Shown: positions 27,835-36,539 of the stretch, piece after piece | How positions within the stretch are numbered: position 1 is the stretch's first letter | Layout: every line of letters begins with the position of its first letter | Notes under the pieces: model-generated | Databases searched by the model: none | What the model was told of the DNA's origin: nothing | The model's input: only the letters and a program-made list of their open reading frames with translations | Made by a program: the position numbers and the translations under genes | Assembly (NCBI RefSeq): GCF_002796975.1 | Contig: NZ_PEKV01000003.1 | Span: 14,870-78,869 of the forward strand | Direction: 5' to 3' | DNA length: 64,000 nt | Source: Ferrovibrio sp. | Lineage (GTDB): Bacteria > Pseudomonadota > Alphaproteobacteria > Ferrovibrionales > Ferrovibrionaceae

Positions 27835-28889
27835 GCCTCTATCGCAACCTGATCTTTCCGCTGGTGCGCAACATCGATGCCGAAACCGCGCATCGCGCCA
27901 CGCTGAGGCTGCTGAGCTGTGCGCCGCTGCCGCCGCTGCTGCCGGACGATCCGGTGCTGGGGACGACGCTGTTCGGCAAACCCCTGCCCAATCCGGTCGG
28001 GCTGGCCGCCGGCTTCGACAAGAATGCCGAAGTGCCCGATGCCATGCTGCGGCTCGGTTTCGGCTTTGTCGAGGTGGGCGGCATCACGCCGCAGCCGCAG
28101 ACCGGTAATCCGCGTCCGCGTGTGTTCCGCCTGCCCGAAGACCGCGCGGTGATCAACCGCATGGGTTTCAACAACGACGGGCTGGAGGTGACGGCGTCGC
28201 GGCTGCAGGCGCGCAAGGGCCAAGGAAAGCAACTGGGCGGTGTTGTCGCCGCCAATCTCGGTGCGAACAAGGACAGCGCGGATCGTCCGGGCGATTATGC
28301 GATCTCCTATGAGCGGCTGGCGCCGCTGGTCGATTTCGCCGTGGTGAACGTGTCGTCGCCCAATACGCCGGGCCTGCGCAACCTGCAGGGCCGCGAGGAG
28401 CTGGCGGCATTGCTGGCGCGGCTGCAGCCGCTGCATGAAAAACTGAAGACGCCGCTGCTGGTCAAAATTGCCCCCGACCTTGCAGAAGAAGATATCCGCG
28501 ACGTCGCCGACCTGGCGCTGCAATTCCGGCTGGATGGTATCATTGCCACCAACACCACGGTGACGCGGCCGGAGACTTTGCGGAGCGGCAATCGCGGCGA
28601 GACCGGCGGGCTCTCGGGCGCACCGCTGTTCGAGCTTTCAACAATGGTGCTGAAGCAGCTCTACGGCTTCACCGGCGGCAAGGTGCCGCTGATCGGGGTC
28701 GGCGGCATTGCTTCGGGCGCGCAGGCCTATGCCAAGATCCGCGCCGGTGCCTCGGCCGTGCAGCTGTATTCGGCGCTGGTCTACGAAGGCCCCGGCCTGG
28801 TCGGCCGCATCAAGCGCGAACTGGCCACGCTGCTGAAGCGCGACGGGTTCCGCAGCGTGGCGGACGCGGTGGGCGCAGACGTTAAGTAA
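27831..28889 (+). CDS. pyrD: Quinone-dependent dihydroorotate dehydrogenase (class 2)
   Basis: NPVGLAAGFDKN, GNPRPRVFRL, INRMGFNN, NVSSPNTPGLR, VKIAPD, GGLSG.PL. Confidence 0.98.
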   Translation: MSLYRNLIFPLVRNIDAETAHRATLRLLSCAPLPPLLPDDPVLGTTLFGKPLPNPVGLAAGFDKNAEVPDAMLRLGFGFVEVGGITPQPQTGNPRPRVFRLPEDRAVINRMGFNNDGLEVTASRLQARKGQGKQLGGVVAANLGANKDSADRPGDYAISYERLAPLVDFAVVNVSSPNTPGLRNLQGREELAALLARLQPLHEKLKTPLLVKIAPDLAEEDIRDVADLALQFRLDGIIATNTTVTRPETLRSGNRGETGGLSGAPLFELSTMVLKQLYGFTGGKVPLIGVGGIASGAQAYAKIRAGASAVQLYSALVYEGPGLVGRIKRELATLLKRDGFRSVADAVGADVK

Positions 28890-28896
28890 GACAAAT

Positions 28897-28963
28897 CGTC
28901 ATACGTGGGCTTGACCCGCGTATCCCATTTAATGGGATGCCCGGATCAAGCCCGGGCATGACA
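28897..28963. repeat. REP-like palindromic dyad (CCCATTT/AATGGG subtype)
   Basis: cgtcatacgtgggcttgacccgcgtatcccatttaatgggatgcccggatcaagcccgggcatgaca. Confidence 0.85.
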
Positions 28964-28978
28964 GTACTATTTTCAGGT

Positions 28979-29011
28979 GTCATGGCCGGACTTGTTCCGG
29001 CCATCCACGCC
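28979..29011. repeat. Solo (unpaired) REP arm
   Basis: gtcatggccggacttgttccggccatccacgcc matches the left arm at 5807; no CGTGGATG...ATGAC partner follows. Confidence 0.75.
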
Positions 29012-29059
29012 TTAAAAGAAACGGCGCCACTTCAAAGAAGGCGGTGCAAAGACCAACAC

Positions 29060-29377
29060 CTATCTATTGCTTTGGTACCAGTTCAACAGGCTGAGTATAT
29101 AGCTGGTATTGCGAGATTGTGTTGCCTCGCCAAGCTCGGCTCTGCCGATCTGGCCCGAACGTAGTTTCTGGTAATAAGGATACACTTTCTCGAACTCGGA
29201 TTTCGTTACGCGTCTTTCGTTTTGGGTGCGAAGACTTTTGACAAGGACGGCATTCCTCTCACATTCGACGACGGCAAACTGATTTCCGGAGTAACCTCGA
29301 ACACCCCAGTTTTCCACTTTTTGGTTTTTGCTGAGATTGGCCTGAAGATACTGCCAAACCTGTTCAAAGGCCGACAT
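29060..29377 (-). CDS. Low-GC orphan protein (105 aa)
   Basis: Clean ORF with visibly lower GC than its neighbours, G-rich RBS, and TATAAT upstream on the minus strand (about 29405-29410). Confidence 0.7.
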   Translation of the reverse strand: MSAFEQVWQYLQANLSKNQKVENWGVRGYSGNQFAVVECERNAVLVKSLRTQNERRVTKSEFEKVYPYYQKLRSGQIGRAELGEATQSRNTSYILSLLNWYQSNR

Positions 29378-29440
29378 GGAATACCCCCGCTGCTTATCGT
29401 CTGAATTATATATTTAGTATGTTGAGGATGAAACACTGTT

Positions 29441-29530
29441 GTCACCCTCGGGCTTGCCCCGAGGGTCCATCCCATGGTCATCGCATGCGGGATGGGACAG
29501 ATGGATTCTCGGGGCGAGCCCGAGAATGAC
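29441..29530. repeat. REP-like palindromic dyad
   Basis: gtcaccctcgggcttgccccgagggtccatc ... gatggattctcggggcgagcccgagaatgac. Confidence 0.8.
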
Positions 29531-29547
29531 GGTTTTAGAGTTCGTAC

Positions 29548-29577
29548 AAAAAAAGCGGCGCCGGTGAGGGCGCCGCT
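29548..29577 (-). terminator. Rho-independent terminator after the FAH-family gene
   Basis: A7 followed by stem agcggcgcc / ggcgccgct. Confidence 0.75.
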
Positions 29578-29606
29578 CTGTCGGATTTCAGTATGGAAGT
29601 GGCGGC

Positions 29607-30455
29607 TTACCCGTTCTTCACCGGGTTGCGCAGCAGGCCGACCTTCTCGATCTCGATCTCGATGATGTCGCCGTCCTTCATGTAGACCGGCGGGTTGCGC
29701 TTGGTGCCGACGCCGCCCGGGGTGCCGGTGGCAATCACGTCGCCGGGTTCCAGCACCGTGAAGGTCGTCACATACTTGATGATCTTGCGGATGTTAAAGG
29801 TCATCAGGTCGGTGTTGGAGGACTGCATCACCTGGCCGTTCAGGCGGCTCTGGATCGCCAGCTTCTGGGCGTCGGGGATATCGTCTGCCGTCACCATCCA
29901 GGGTCCGAAGCCGCCGGTGGCGTTGAAGTTCTTGCCGGGGGTGAACTGGCCGGTATGGGTCTGCCAGTCGCGCACCGAGCCGTCGTTGTAGCAGGCGTAA
30001 CCGGCGACGATGCTGAAGGCATCGTCTTCCGACACCTTGTAGCCGCGCTTGCCGATGATCACGGCCAGTTCGGCTTCGTAATCCAGCTTGTCGGATTCGG
30101 CAGGCTTCAGCAGGGGCTGATTATGGGCGACCTGGCTTTCAGGGAAGCGCACGAAGATGGTGGGATGGCCCGGCGGCTCGCGGCCCATCTCGCGGCGGTG
30201 TTCGTCGTAGTTGACGCCGACGCAGATGATCTTGCCCGGATTGGGTATCACCGGCAGCAAGGTCGTGCCTTCATACTTGAGGTCGGCCGATTGACCCTTG
30301 GCGGCGGCTTCCACCTCGGCCAGCGCGCCGGCCTTCAGCACGGCGACCAGGTCGGCGTATTTCGCGCCCAGCCTGGCGCCCACATCGACGATGCCGTCAT
30401 TCACGACCACGCCGTAAGAGCTCTTGCCATTACGGACGAAGCTCACCACTTTCAT
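29607..30455 (-). CDS. Fumarylacetoacetate hydrolase family protein
   Basis: KIICVGVNYDEH, LDYEAELAVIIGK, NDGSVRDWQ, LEPGDVIATGTPGGVG. Confidence 0.93.
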   Translation of the reverse strand: MKVVSFVRNGKSSYGVVVNDGIVDVGARLGAKYADLVAVLKAGALAEVEAAAKGQSADLKYEGTTLLPVIPNPGKIICVGVNYDEHRREMGREPPGHPTIFVRFPESQVAHNQPLLKPAESDKLDYEAELAVIIGKRGYKVSEDDAFSIVAGYACYNDGSVRDWQTHTGQFTPGKNFNATGGFGPWMVTADDIPDAQKLAIQSRLNGQVMQSSNTDLMTFNIRKIIKYVTTFTVLEPGDVIATGTPGGVGTKRNPPVYMKDGDIIEIEIEKVGLLRNPVKNG

Positions 30456-30574
30456 CGGACTGCTCCCTGCCGGAAAAAGAAAATGCGGTATAATTGGGGT
30501 GCAGACGATACGCTCCGCATTGCACCCCGACAAGCACCCCCCAGCCTAGTTCACCCATCGCGCCCCGCCCAGCC

Positions 30575-32419
30575 ATGACCGACTTGAAAAAATCGCTACC
30601 CAGCTTGCTGATTCCGCGACTCTGGCCGGCCGATCGCCCGGACCTGCGCCGCCGCGTGGTGATCGCCTTCGGCTTCCTGCTGCTGGCCAAGCTGGTCAAT
30701 GTCACCGTGCCGTATTTCTTCAAGCAGGCCGTCGACCTGCTCGACCGCGGCATGAATGCGAACCAATTGGCGATTGGCACAGGCTTCATTGCTTCGGTAC
30801 TGGGGATGGTGCTGGCCTACGGCATCGCCCGCATGCTCGCCCAGGGCTTTGGCGAGCTGCGCGATGCGGTCTTTGCCAAGGTGGCGCAGGCCGCCATTCG
30901 CAACCTGGCGCTGGAAACCTTCAACCACCTGCATGCGCTGTCGCTGCGGTTCCATCTCGAACGCCAGACCGGCGGCCTGTCCCGCGTGATCGAACGCGGC
31001 ACCAAGGGCATCCAGTTCGTATTGCAGTTCATGACCTTCAACATCGTGCCGACGCTGGTCGAGATCGGCTTGGTCGGCGGTGTGCTGTGGTGGCTGTATG
31101 GCTGGACCTTCGCTGCCATCACCGTGGTCACCATCGGCGGCTATATCTTCTACACGCTGGCGATCACCGAATGGCGCACCAAGTATCGCCGCCAGATGAA
31201 TGACGAGGACCAGCGCGCCAACACGCGTGCCGTCGACAGCCTGTTGAACTACGAGACGGTGAAGTATTTCACCAACGAGGCGCATGAAGCACATCGCTTC
31301 GACGACGCCATGATGCGCTACGAAAAGGCGGCGGTGAAAAGCCAGACCTCGCTGGCCTATCTCAACCTCGGCCAGGGCGCCATCATCGCCATCGGGCTGA
31401 TCGGCGTGATGAGTCTGGCCGTGCTCGGCGTGCGCGACGGCAGCATGACCTTGGGCGACCTTGTCATGGTCAATGCCTATCTGATCCAGCTGTATCTGCC
31501 GCTCAACTTCCTTGGTTTTGCCTATCGCGAGATCAAGCAGGGCCTGGTCGATATGGAGGCGATGTTCAAGCTGCTCGACGTGTCGCAGGAAGTGCAGGAT
31601 CGCCCCGATGCGCCGGCGCTGCTGGTCGAGCGTGGCGAGGTTGTCTTCGAGGACGTGCGCTTTGCCTACGATCCGCGCCGCGAGATTCTCGCCGGCGTCT
31701 CTTTCCGCATTCAGCCGGGCCGCAAGGTCGCCGTCGTCGGCGCCTCGGGTGCGGGAAAGTCGACCTTGTCCCGGCTGCTGTACCGCTTCTACGACATCGG
31801 CAGCGGCAGCATCCGCATCGACGGCCAGGATATCCGCGAGGTCTCGCAGGCCTCGTTGCGGCGCTGCATCGGCATCGTGCCGCAGGATACCGTGCTGTTC
31901 AACGATACGATTCTCTACAATATCCGTTACGGTCGCGTGGAAGCGTCGGATGCCGACGTGGCCGAAGCCGCGCGGCTCGCGCAGCTCGATCACCTGATCG
32001 CGCGTCTGCCCGACGGCATGCAGACCATGGTGGGCGAGCGCGGCTTGAAACTGTCCGGCGGCGAGAAGCAGCGCGTGGCGATTGCGCGTGCGCTGCTGAA
32101 GAACCCGAAGATCATGGTCTTCGACGAGGCGACCTCGGCGCTGGATACCCATACCGAACGCGAGATTCAATCCGCACTGAGCCGTGCAGCGGAAGGCTGC
32201 ACGACTTTGGTGATCGCGCATCGGCTGTCCACTGTGGTGGATGCCGACGAGATCATCGTGTTCGACCAGGGCCGTATCGCCGAACGCGGCCGCCATCATG
32301 CTTTGCTGGCGCAGGGCGGGCTGTATGCCGCGCTGTGGCAGAAGCAGCAGGAAGCCCGCGCGCTGGAAGAACAGGCCGAGGGCGAGACGGTTAGCGTGCT
32401 GTCGGCGGCGGGGGATTAA
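30575..32419 (+). CDS. Atm1/ABCB7/HMT1-type ABC exporter (fused permease-ATPase)
   Basis: SLRFHLERQTGGLSRVIERG, DSLLNYETVKYF, GASGAGKST, LSGGEKQRVAIAR, DEATSALD. Confidence 0.93.
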   Translation: MTDLKKSLPSLLIPRLWPADRPDLRRRVVIAFGFLLLAKLVNVTVPYFFKQAVDLLDRGMNANQLAIGTGFIASVLGMVLAYGIARMLAQGFGELRDAVFAKVAQAAIRNLALETFNHLHALSLRFHLERQTGGLSRVIERGTKGIQFVLQFMTFNIVPTLVEIGLVGGVLWWLYGWTFAAITVVTIGGYIFYTLAITEWRTKYRRQMNDEDQRANTRAVDSLLNYETVKYFTNEAHEAHRFDDAMMRYEKAAVKSQTSLAYLNLGQGAIIAIGLIGVMSLAVLGVRDGSMTLGDLVMVNAYLIQLYLPLNFLGFAYREIKQGLVDMEAMFKLLDVSQEVQDRPDAPALLVERGEVVFEDVRFAYDPRREILAGVSFRIQPGRKVAVVGASGAGKSTLSRLLYRFYDIGSGSIRIDGQDIREVSQASLRRCIGIVPQDTVLFNDTILYNIRYGRVEASDADVAEAARLAQLDHLIARLPDGMQTMVGERGLKLSGGEKQRVAIARALLKNPKIMVFDEATSALDTHTEREIQSALSRAAEGCTTLVIAHRLSTVVDADEIIVFDQGRIAERGRHHALLAQGGLYAALWQKQQEARALEEQAEGETVSVLSAAGD

Positions 32420-32421
32420 GA

Positions 32422-32533
32422 CCTTCACCCTCCCACCGCTTCGCGGCGGTGCCCTCCCTCTCCCACGAGTGGGAGAGGGTAAATGTGGTGCAGTCCTCCC
32501 TCTCCCGCTTGCGGGAGAGGGTCGGGGTGAGGG
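32422..32533. repeat. CCCTCTCCC...GGGAGAGGG palindromic element (second REP-like family)
   Basis: Two hairpins, ccctctcccacgagtgggagaggg and ccctctcccgcttgcgggagaggg, between convergent genes. Confidence 0.8.
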
Positions 32534-32542
32534 CCTTCTCTT

Positions 32543-33472
32543 TTACCAGCTCCCCGTCTCCAGCAGCTGCATCGCATAAGCCGGCTGGCTCCAGCGGATC
32601 GGTAGCGCGCCCTGCAGGATGCGGCCTTCCTCGACGCGCAGGCGCAGCAGGCGCAACGCGCCCTGGAAGCGCTCGACCTCGGGCCCGTCCCAGACGATCT
32701 CGGCCTGGCCGGTGATCTGCAGCAGGTCACCGCTGTCGTAATTGACCACCAGCAAACCCGCGCGGCTGTCGAGCGCGATATTGCCCAGCGTGTTGAAGAA
32801 ATTGTTGCCGCGGAAATCCGGAAGGGTCAGCTGCGTGAAGCCGGCGCGCTGTTCGACCCTGACGAAGCCCGGCTTGCCGCCGCGATGCGAGACATCGACG
32901 CCTTCGTCTTTCGCATGCGTGGCGATGAACAGCGTGTCGGTCTCGGCCAGCATCAATGCGGCGCGCGGCGACAGCACGGAATCTTCCGGCTTCACCGGCG
33001 GTTCGGCCGGCGCGCCGACCAGCCGCGGCAGTCGCGCCTGGATATACTGCGGGCAATTGCCGAAACTCTGTTCGACATGCACGGTAAAACCATCGTCCTG
33101 CAAATGCGTGACGCGGCCGTTCATGCGGTTGCGCCGCCGCGTCTCCGGCTGCAGGCCGAGGATGCCGAGCTGCGCGTTCTGCTTCAGGTTCTGCGCCAGC
33201 ATGTCGCCGGGCGCAGGCTTCGCGCTCACCTGCAAGGTCACCGGATCGGGCGAGGTCACGAAGCCGGGCTTGCCGGCCAGCATCGAGGCCCAGGGACGGC
33301 CGGCATCGTCCACGCTGCCGACGACAAGCGTGGGCAGAAGGGCGAAGAAATCGCGATGCTGGTCGGGCATGAAATCGCGCAAAGCGATCTCGGCGGTGCG
33401 CGCCATGCGTTTGGGCAGTGCCGGATGCACGCGCGCCTGCAACTGCTGCTCGCCCTCGTGAAAGCGTCCCAT
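32543..33472 (-). CDS. Pyridoxamine 5'-phosphate oxidase-like FMN-binding protein (two split-barrel domains)
   Basis: FHEGE..LQ, TRRRNRMNG, GNCPQYIQAR, DVSHRGGKPGFV, PDFRGNNFFNTLGNI. Confidence 0.88.
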   Translation of the reverse strand: MGRFHEGEQQLQARVHPALPKRMARTAEIALRDFMPDQHRDFFALLPTLVVGSVDDAGRPWASMLAGKPGFVTSPDPVTLQVSAKPAPGDMLAQNLKQNAQLGILGLQPETRRRNRMNGRVTHLQDDGFTVHVEQSFGNCPQYIQARLPRLVGAPAEPPVKPEDSVLSPRAALMLAETDTLFIATHAKDEGVDVSHRGGKPGFVRVEQRAGFTQLTLPDFRGNNFFNTLGNIALDSRAGLLVVNYDSGDLLQITGQAEIVWDGPEVERFQGALRLLRLRVEEGRILQGALPIRWSQPAYAMQLLETGSW

Positions 33473-33476
33473 GGCA

Positions 33477-34088
33477 CTACGCTCTCATCGGCACAAAGCC
33501 GGGCAGCGCTTCGATGCGCGCGATCCAGGCGCGGATACCGGGATACGGTTCCAGCGACACATCGCCTTCGGGCGCATGTGCCGTATAGGAGTAGAGCGCG
33601 ATATCGGCAATCGTCGCATGCGTGGCGGCGAGCCAGTCGCGGCCCTGCAGATGCTGCTCCATCACGTCGAAGAGCTGTGTTGCCGCCTGCCGGCAGGCAT
33701 CATGGTCGAAGGGCGAACTGAACAGCTTCACCATGCGGGCGCGGGCCGGGCCCATCAGCAGTTGCCCGGCAGCGACCGAGAGCCAGCGCTGCACCTGCGC
33801 GGCCGTCGCCGGATCGGCGGGCAGCCACCGGCCGCTGCGGTCATACTTGCCGGCGAGATAGACCAGGATCGCATTGCTGTCGGCGATGACGACAGGATTC
33901 TCCGGGTCACCATCCTCCAGTACCGGCACCTGGCCGAAGGCGTTCATCGCCAGATAGGAAGGCTGCTTCTGGGCGCCGCCGCGCAGGTCGACATCGACCA
34001 CTTCAGCCTGCAGCCCGAGCAGGGCCAGCATCAGCCGGGCGCGATGGGCATGGCCGGAGAGGGGAAAGCTATGGAGACGGAGCGTCAT
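33477..34088 (-). CDS. Glutathione S-transferase
   Basis: SFPLSGHAHR, NAFGQVPVLED, DSNAILVYLA, TIADIALYSY. Confidence 0.92.
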   Translation of the reverse strand: MTLRLHSFPLSGHAHRARLMLALLGLQAEVVDVDLRGGAQKQPSYLAMNAFGQVPVLEDGDPENPVVIADSNAILVYLAGKYDRSGRWLPADPATAAQVQRWLSVAAGQLLMGPARARMVKLFSSPFDHDACRQAATQLFDVMEQHLQGRDWLAATHATIADIALYSYTAHAPEGDVSLEPYPGIRAWIARIEALPGFVPMRA

Positions 34089-34171
34089 GGGGTCGGTCCT
34101 TACATATAATAAGAGGTGGCCCAATCTGGCATTTCGGCTGGAAAACAGAATAACCCCATTTGACAAGTCAC

Positions 34172-34190
34172 TATTTCAATTTATGAAATA
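34172..34190. promoter_or_regulatory. LysR-type operator (T-N11-A dyad)
   Basis: TATTTCA-N5-TGAAATA perfect dyad between the divergent GST and LysR genes. Confidence 0.6.
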
Positions 34191-34195
34191 ATCCC

Positions 34196-35089
34196 ATGGA
34201 CCGGCTCGACGCCATGCGCATCTTCCTCACCGTCGCGGAGAAGTCCGGCTTCGCCGAGGCCGCCCGGCATCTGCGGCTGTCGCCGCCTTCGGTGACGCGG
34301 GCGATTGCGACCCTGGAGGAGCGGCTCGGCACCAGCCTGTTCCAGCGCTCGACCCGGCATGTCCGCCTGACCCAGGCCGGCCAGCGTTTCCTGATGGATG
34401 CGCGCCGCATCCTGTCCGACCTCGAGGAAGCCGAGGCCTCGGCCGCCGGCGACCATGGCGCGCCGAGCGGCGATCTTTCGATCACCGCCTCGCAGATGTT
34501 CGGCAGCATCTATATCGCGCCGCTGGTGCAGGATTTTCTCAGGATTCATCCGGCAGTGAATGCGCGGCTGCTGCTGCTCGACCGCGTCACCAATCTGATC
34601 GACGAGGGCTTCGATATCGCCGTGCGCATCGCGCAGCTACAGGATTCTTCATTGCGCGCCATCCGCGTCGGCGCGGTGCGCCGCGTGATCGTCGCCGCGC
34701 CGGAGTATCTGGCGCAGCATGGCGAGCCGCAGACGCCCGACGATCTGCTGCAGCATGATGCGATTGCCTTTTCATCCTCGGCGGCGGCCGACCAGTGGAT
34801 CTTCAGGGACAACCAACGCGTGGCGCCGCCGGCACGGTTCACGGTGAATTCCTCCGATGTGGCGATCAAGGCAGCGATTGCCGGGCGCGGCGTCACGCGC
34901 GTGCTCAGCTATATGGTGGCGCCGGCGCTGGCCGCAGGCCAGTTGAAAATCCTGCTCGCCGACCATGAACTGCCGCCGACACCGGTGCAGCTGGTGCATG
35001 CCGAAGGCCGCCGCGCCAATGCGAAAGTGCGCGCCTTCCTCGACTTCGCCGTCGAGCGGCTGCGCACAGAACCCGTGCTGCAGAACTGA
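34196..35089 (+). CDS. LysR family transcriptional regulator
   Basis: GFAEAARHLRLSPPSVTRAIATLEERLG..LFQRSTR..LT.AG. Confidence 0.95.
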   Translation: MDRLDAMRIFLTVAEKSGFAEAARHLRLSPPSVTRAIATLEERLGTSLFQRSTRHVRLTQAGQRFLMDARRILSDLEEAEASAAGDHGAPSGDLSITASQMFGSIYIAPLVQDFLRIHPAVNARLLLLDRVTNLIDEGFDIAVRIAQLQDSSLRAIRVGAVRRVIVAAPEYLAQHGEPQTPDDLLQHDAIAFSSSAAADQWIFRDNQRVAPPARFTVNSSDVAIKAAIAGRGVTRVLSYMVAPALAAGQLKILLADHELPPTPVQLVHAEGRRANAKVRAFLDFAVERLRTEPVLQN

Positions 35090-35105
35090 ATAGAAGGAGA
35101 GGGGT

Positions 35106-35501
35106 ATGAGCGCGTCAGCCTTCAAAGCCATCACGGCGATTGATTACACCGTGATCTATGTGCGCGATCTGGCCGCCATGCGCCGCTTCTATGAGGACGT
35201 GCTTTGCTTCGAACTGATCCGCGAACTCTCGCCGCGCTGGATCGAATATCGCGTGGGCGCAAATACGCTGGCGCTCGCGCTGCCGGGCCTCACGGCCAAA
35301 GACGATCCGGTGCCGAAGCACACGGCCGCGCTGCAGCTTGCTTTCCGGGTCGCGCGCGACGATGTCGATGCCTGCGCCGCCGAATTGACGAAGCAGGGCA
35401 TCGCGCTGGTGCTGCCGCCGACGGACCAGCCCTTCGGCCATCGCACGCTGTTCTTCCGCGACCCCGACGGCAACCTGCTGGAGATCTATGCGGAGATTTG
35501 A
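35106..35501 (+). CDS. VOC/glyoxalase family protein
   Basis: IDYTVIYVRDL..MRRFY, PFGHRTLFFRDPDGNLLEI. Confidence 0.9.
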   Translation: MSASAFKAITAIDYTVIYVRDLAAMRRFYEDVLCFELIRELSPRWIEYRVGANTLALALPGLTAKDDPVPKHTAALQLAFRVARDDVDACAAELTKQGIALVLPPTDQPFGHRTLFFRDPDGNLLEIYAEI

Positions 35502-35516
35502 AGAGGCGCCCAAGTT

Positions 35517-35596
35517 GCATCCCCGCGAAAGCGGGGATCCAGGGCCACTTGATAAATCTTGCCTGTGATCTGGATTCCCGCTTTCGCGGGAATGAC
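35517..35596. repeat. REP-like dyad of the ATTCCC-N8-GGGAAT type (resembles Neisseria dRS3)
   Basis: gcatccccgcgaaagcggggatccag ... ctggattcccgctttcgcgggaatgac. Confidence 0.8.
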
Positions 35597-35722
35597 GAAG
35601 AGGGCCAATTGCACCCTCCCAACACGGATTAACGCCATAAATCCACCCGACGGGCCTTTAAGCGCGCGGCGGCAGTAGCTACATTCCGCCCAGCCTCATT
35701 CCGCCAAAGGTTTACGTCGCCC

Positions 35723-36415
35723 ATGGACACCATCCGTTCCGTTCTGGTCCCGATCCACCGCGAAGGCTGGAAGTTCATCGCCATCTTCGCGGTCGCGACC
35801 CTGGTGCTGTTCTGGATCGCCGAACCGCTCGGCTGGCTCGGCGTGATCCTGACCTGCTGGTGCGCCTATTTCTTCCGCGACCCGCCGCGCGTCACCCCGG
35901 TGCGCGACGGCCTGCTGATCTCGCCCGCCGACGGCGTGGTGCAGATGATCGAACGCGCCGTGCCGCCGGAAGAACTCGGCATGGGCAGCGATGCCCGCAC
36001 CCGCATTTCCGTGTTCATGAATGTATTCGACGTGCATGTGAACCGTGCGCCGGTCGATGCCAGCGTGGTGGCCGTGGCCTATCGCCCCGGCAAGTTCCTC
36101 AATGCCGCGCTCGACAAGGCCAGTATCGACAACGAACGCCAGTCACTGCGCATGAAGCTGAACAATGGCAAGGAAATCGCGGTCGTCCAGATCGCCGGGC
36201 TGGTCGCCCGCCGCATCCTGTGCGAGGCCCGCGAGGGCCAGAGCTACAAGGCCGGCGAACGTTTCGGCCTGATCCGCTTCGGCAGCCGCGTCGACGTCTA
36301 TCTCGATGACGGCATGGTGCCGCTGGCGGTGACCGGCCAGCGCTGCGTGGCCGGTGAAACCGTGATCGCCGAGGACGGCGCCAGCGAACAGCCGCGCGTC
36401 GGCGAAGTTCGTTAG
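35723..36415 (+). CDS. psd: Phosphatidylserine decarboxylase proenzyme (short type)
   Basis: [37 protein letters not shown], autocleavage site RFGSRVD. Confidence 0.95.
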   Translation: MDTIRSVLVPIHREGWKFIAIFAVATLVLFWIAEPLGWLGVILTCWCAYFFRDPPRVTPVRDGLLISPADGVVQMIERAVPPEELGMGSDARTRISVFMNVFDVHVNRAPVDASVVAVAYRPGKFLNAALDKASIDNERQSLRMKLNNGKEIAVVQIAGLVARRILCEAREGQSYKAGERFGLIRFGSRVDVYLDDGMVPLAVTGQRCVAGETVIAEDGASEQPRVGEVR

Positions 36416-36539
36416 GGACAAAGTCCGGTAACGTCGCCTCTTTCTGGCGTTATCTTTTTAATCCTGCCGTAACCCAGCCTGCTTAAGCTTGGTGGGGCGT
36501 GCCGGAAGGAGGCATCCCAGTGCCGATGGAGTGGGGCCG

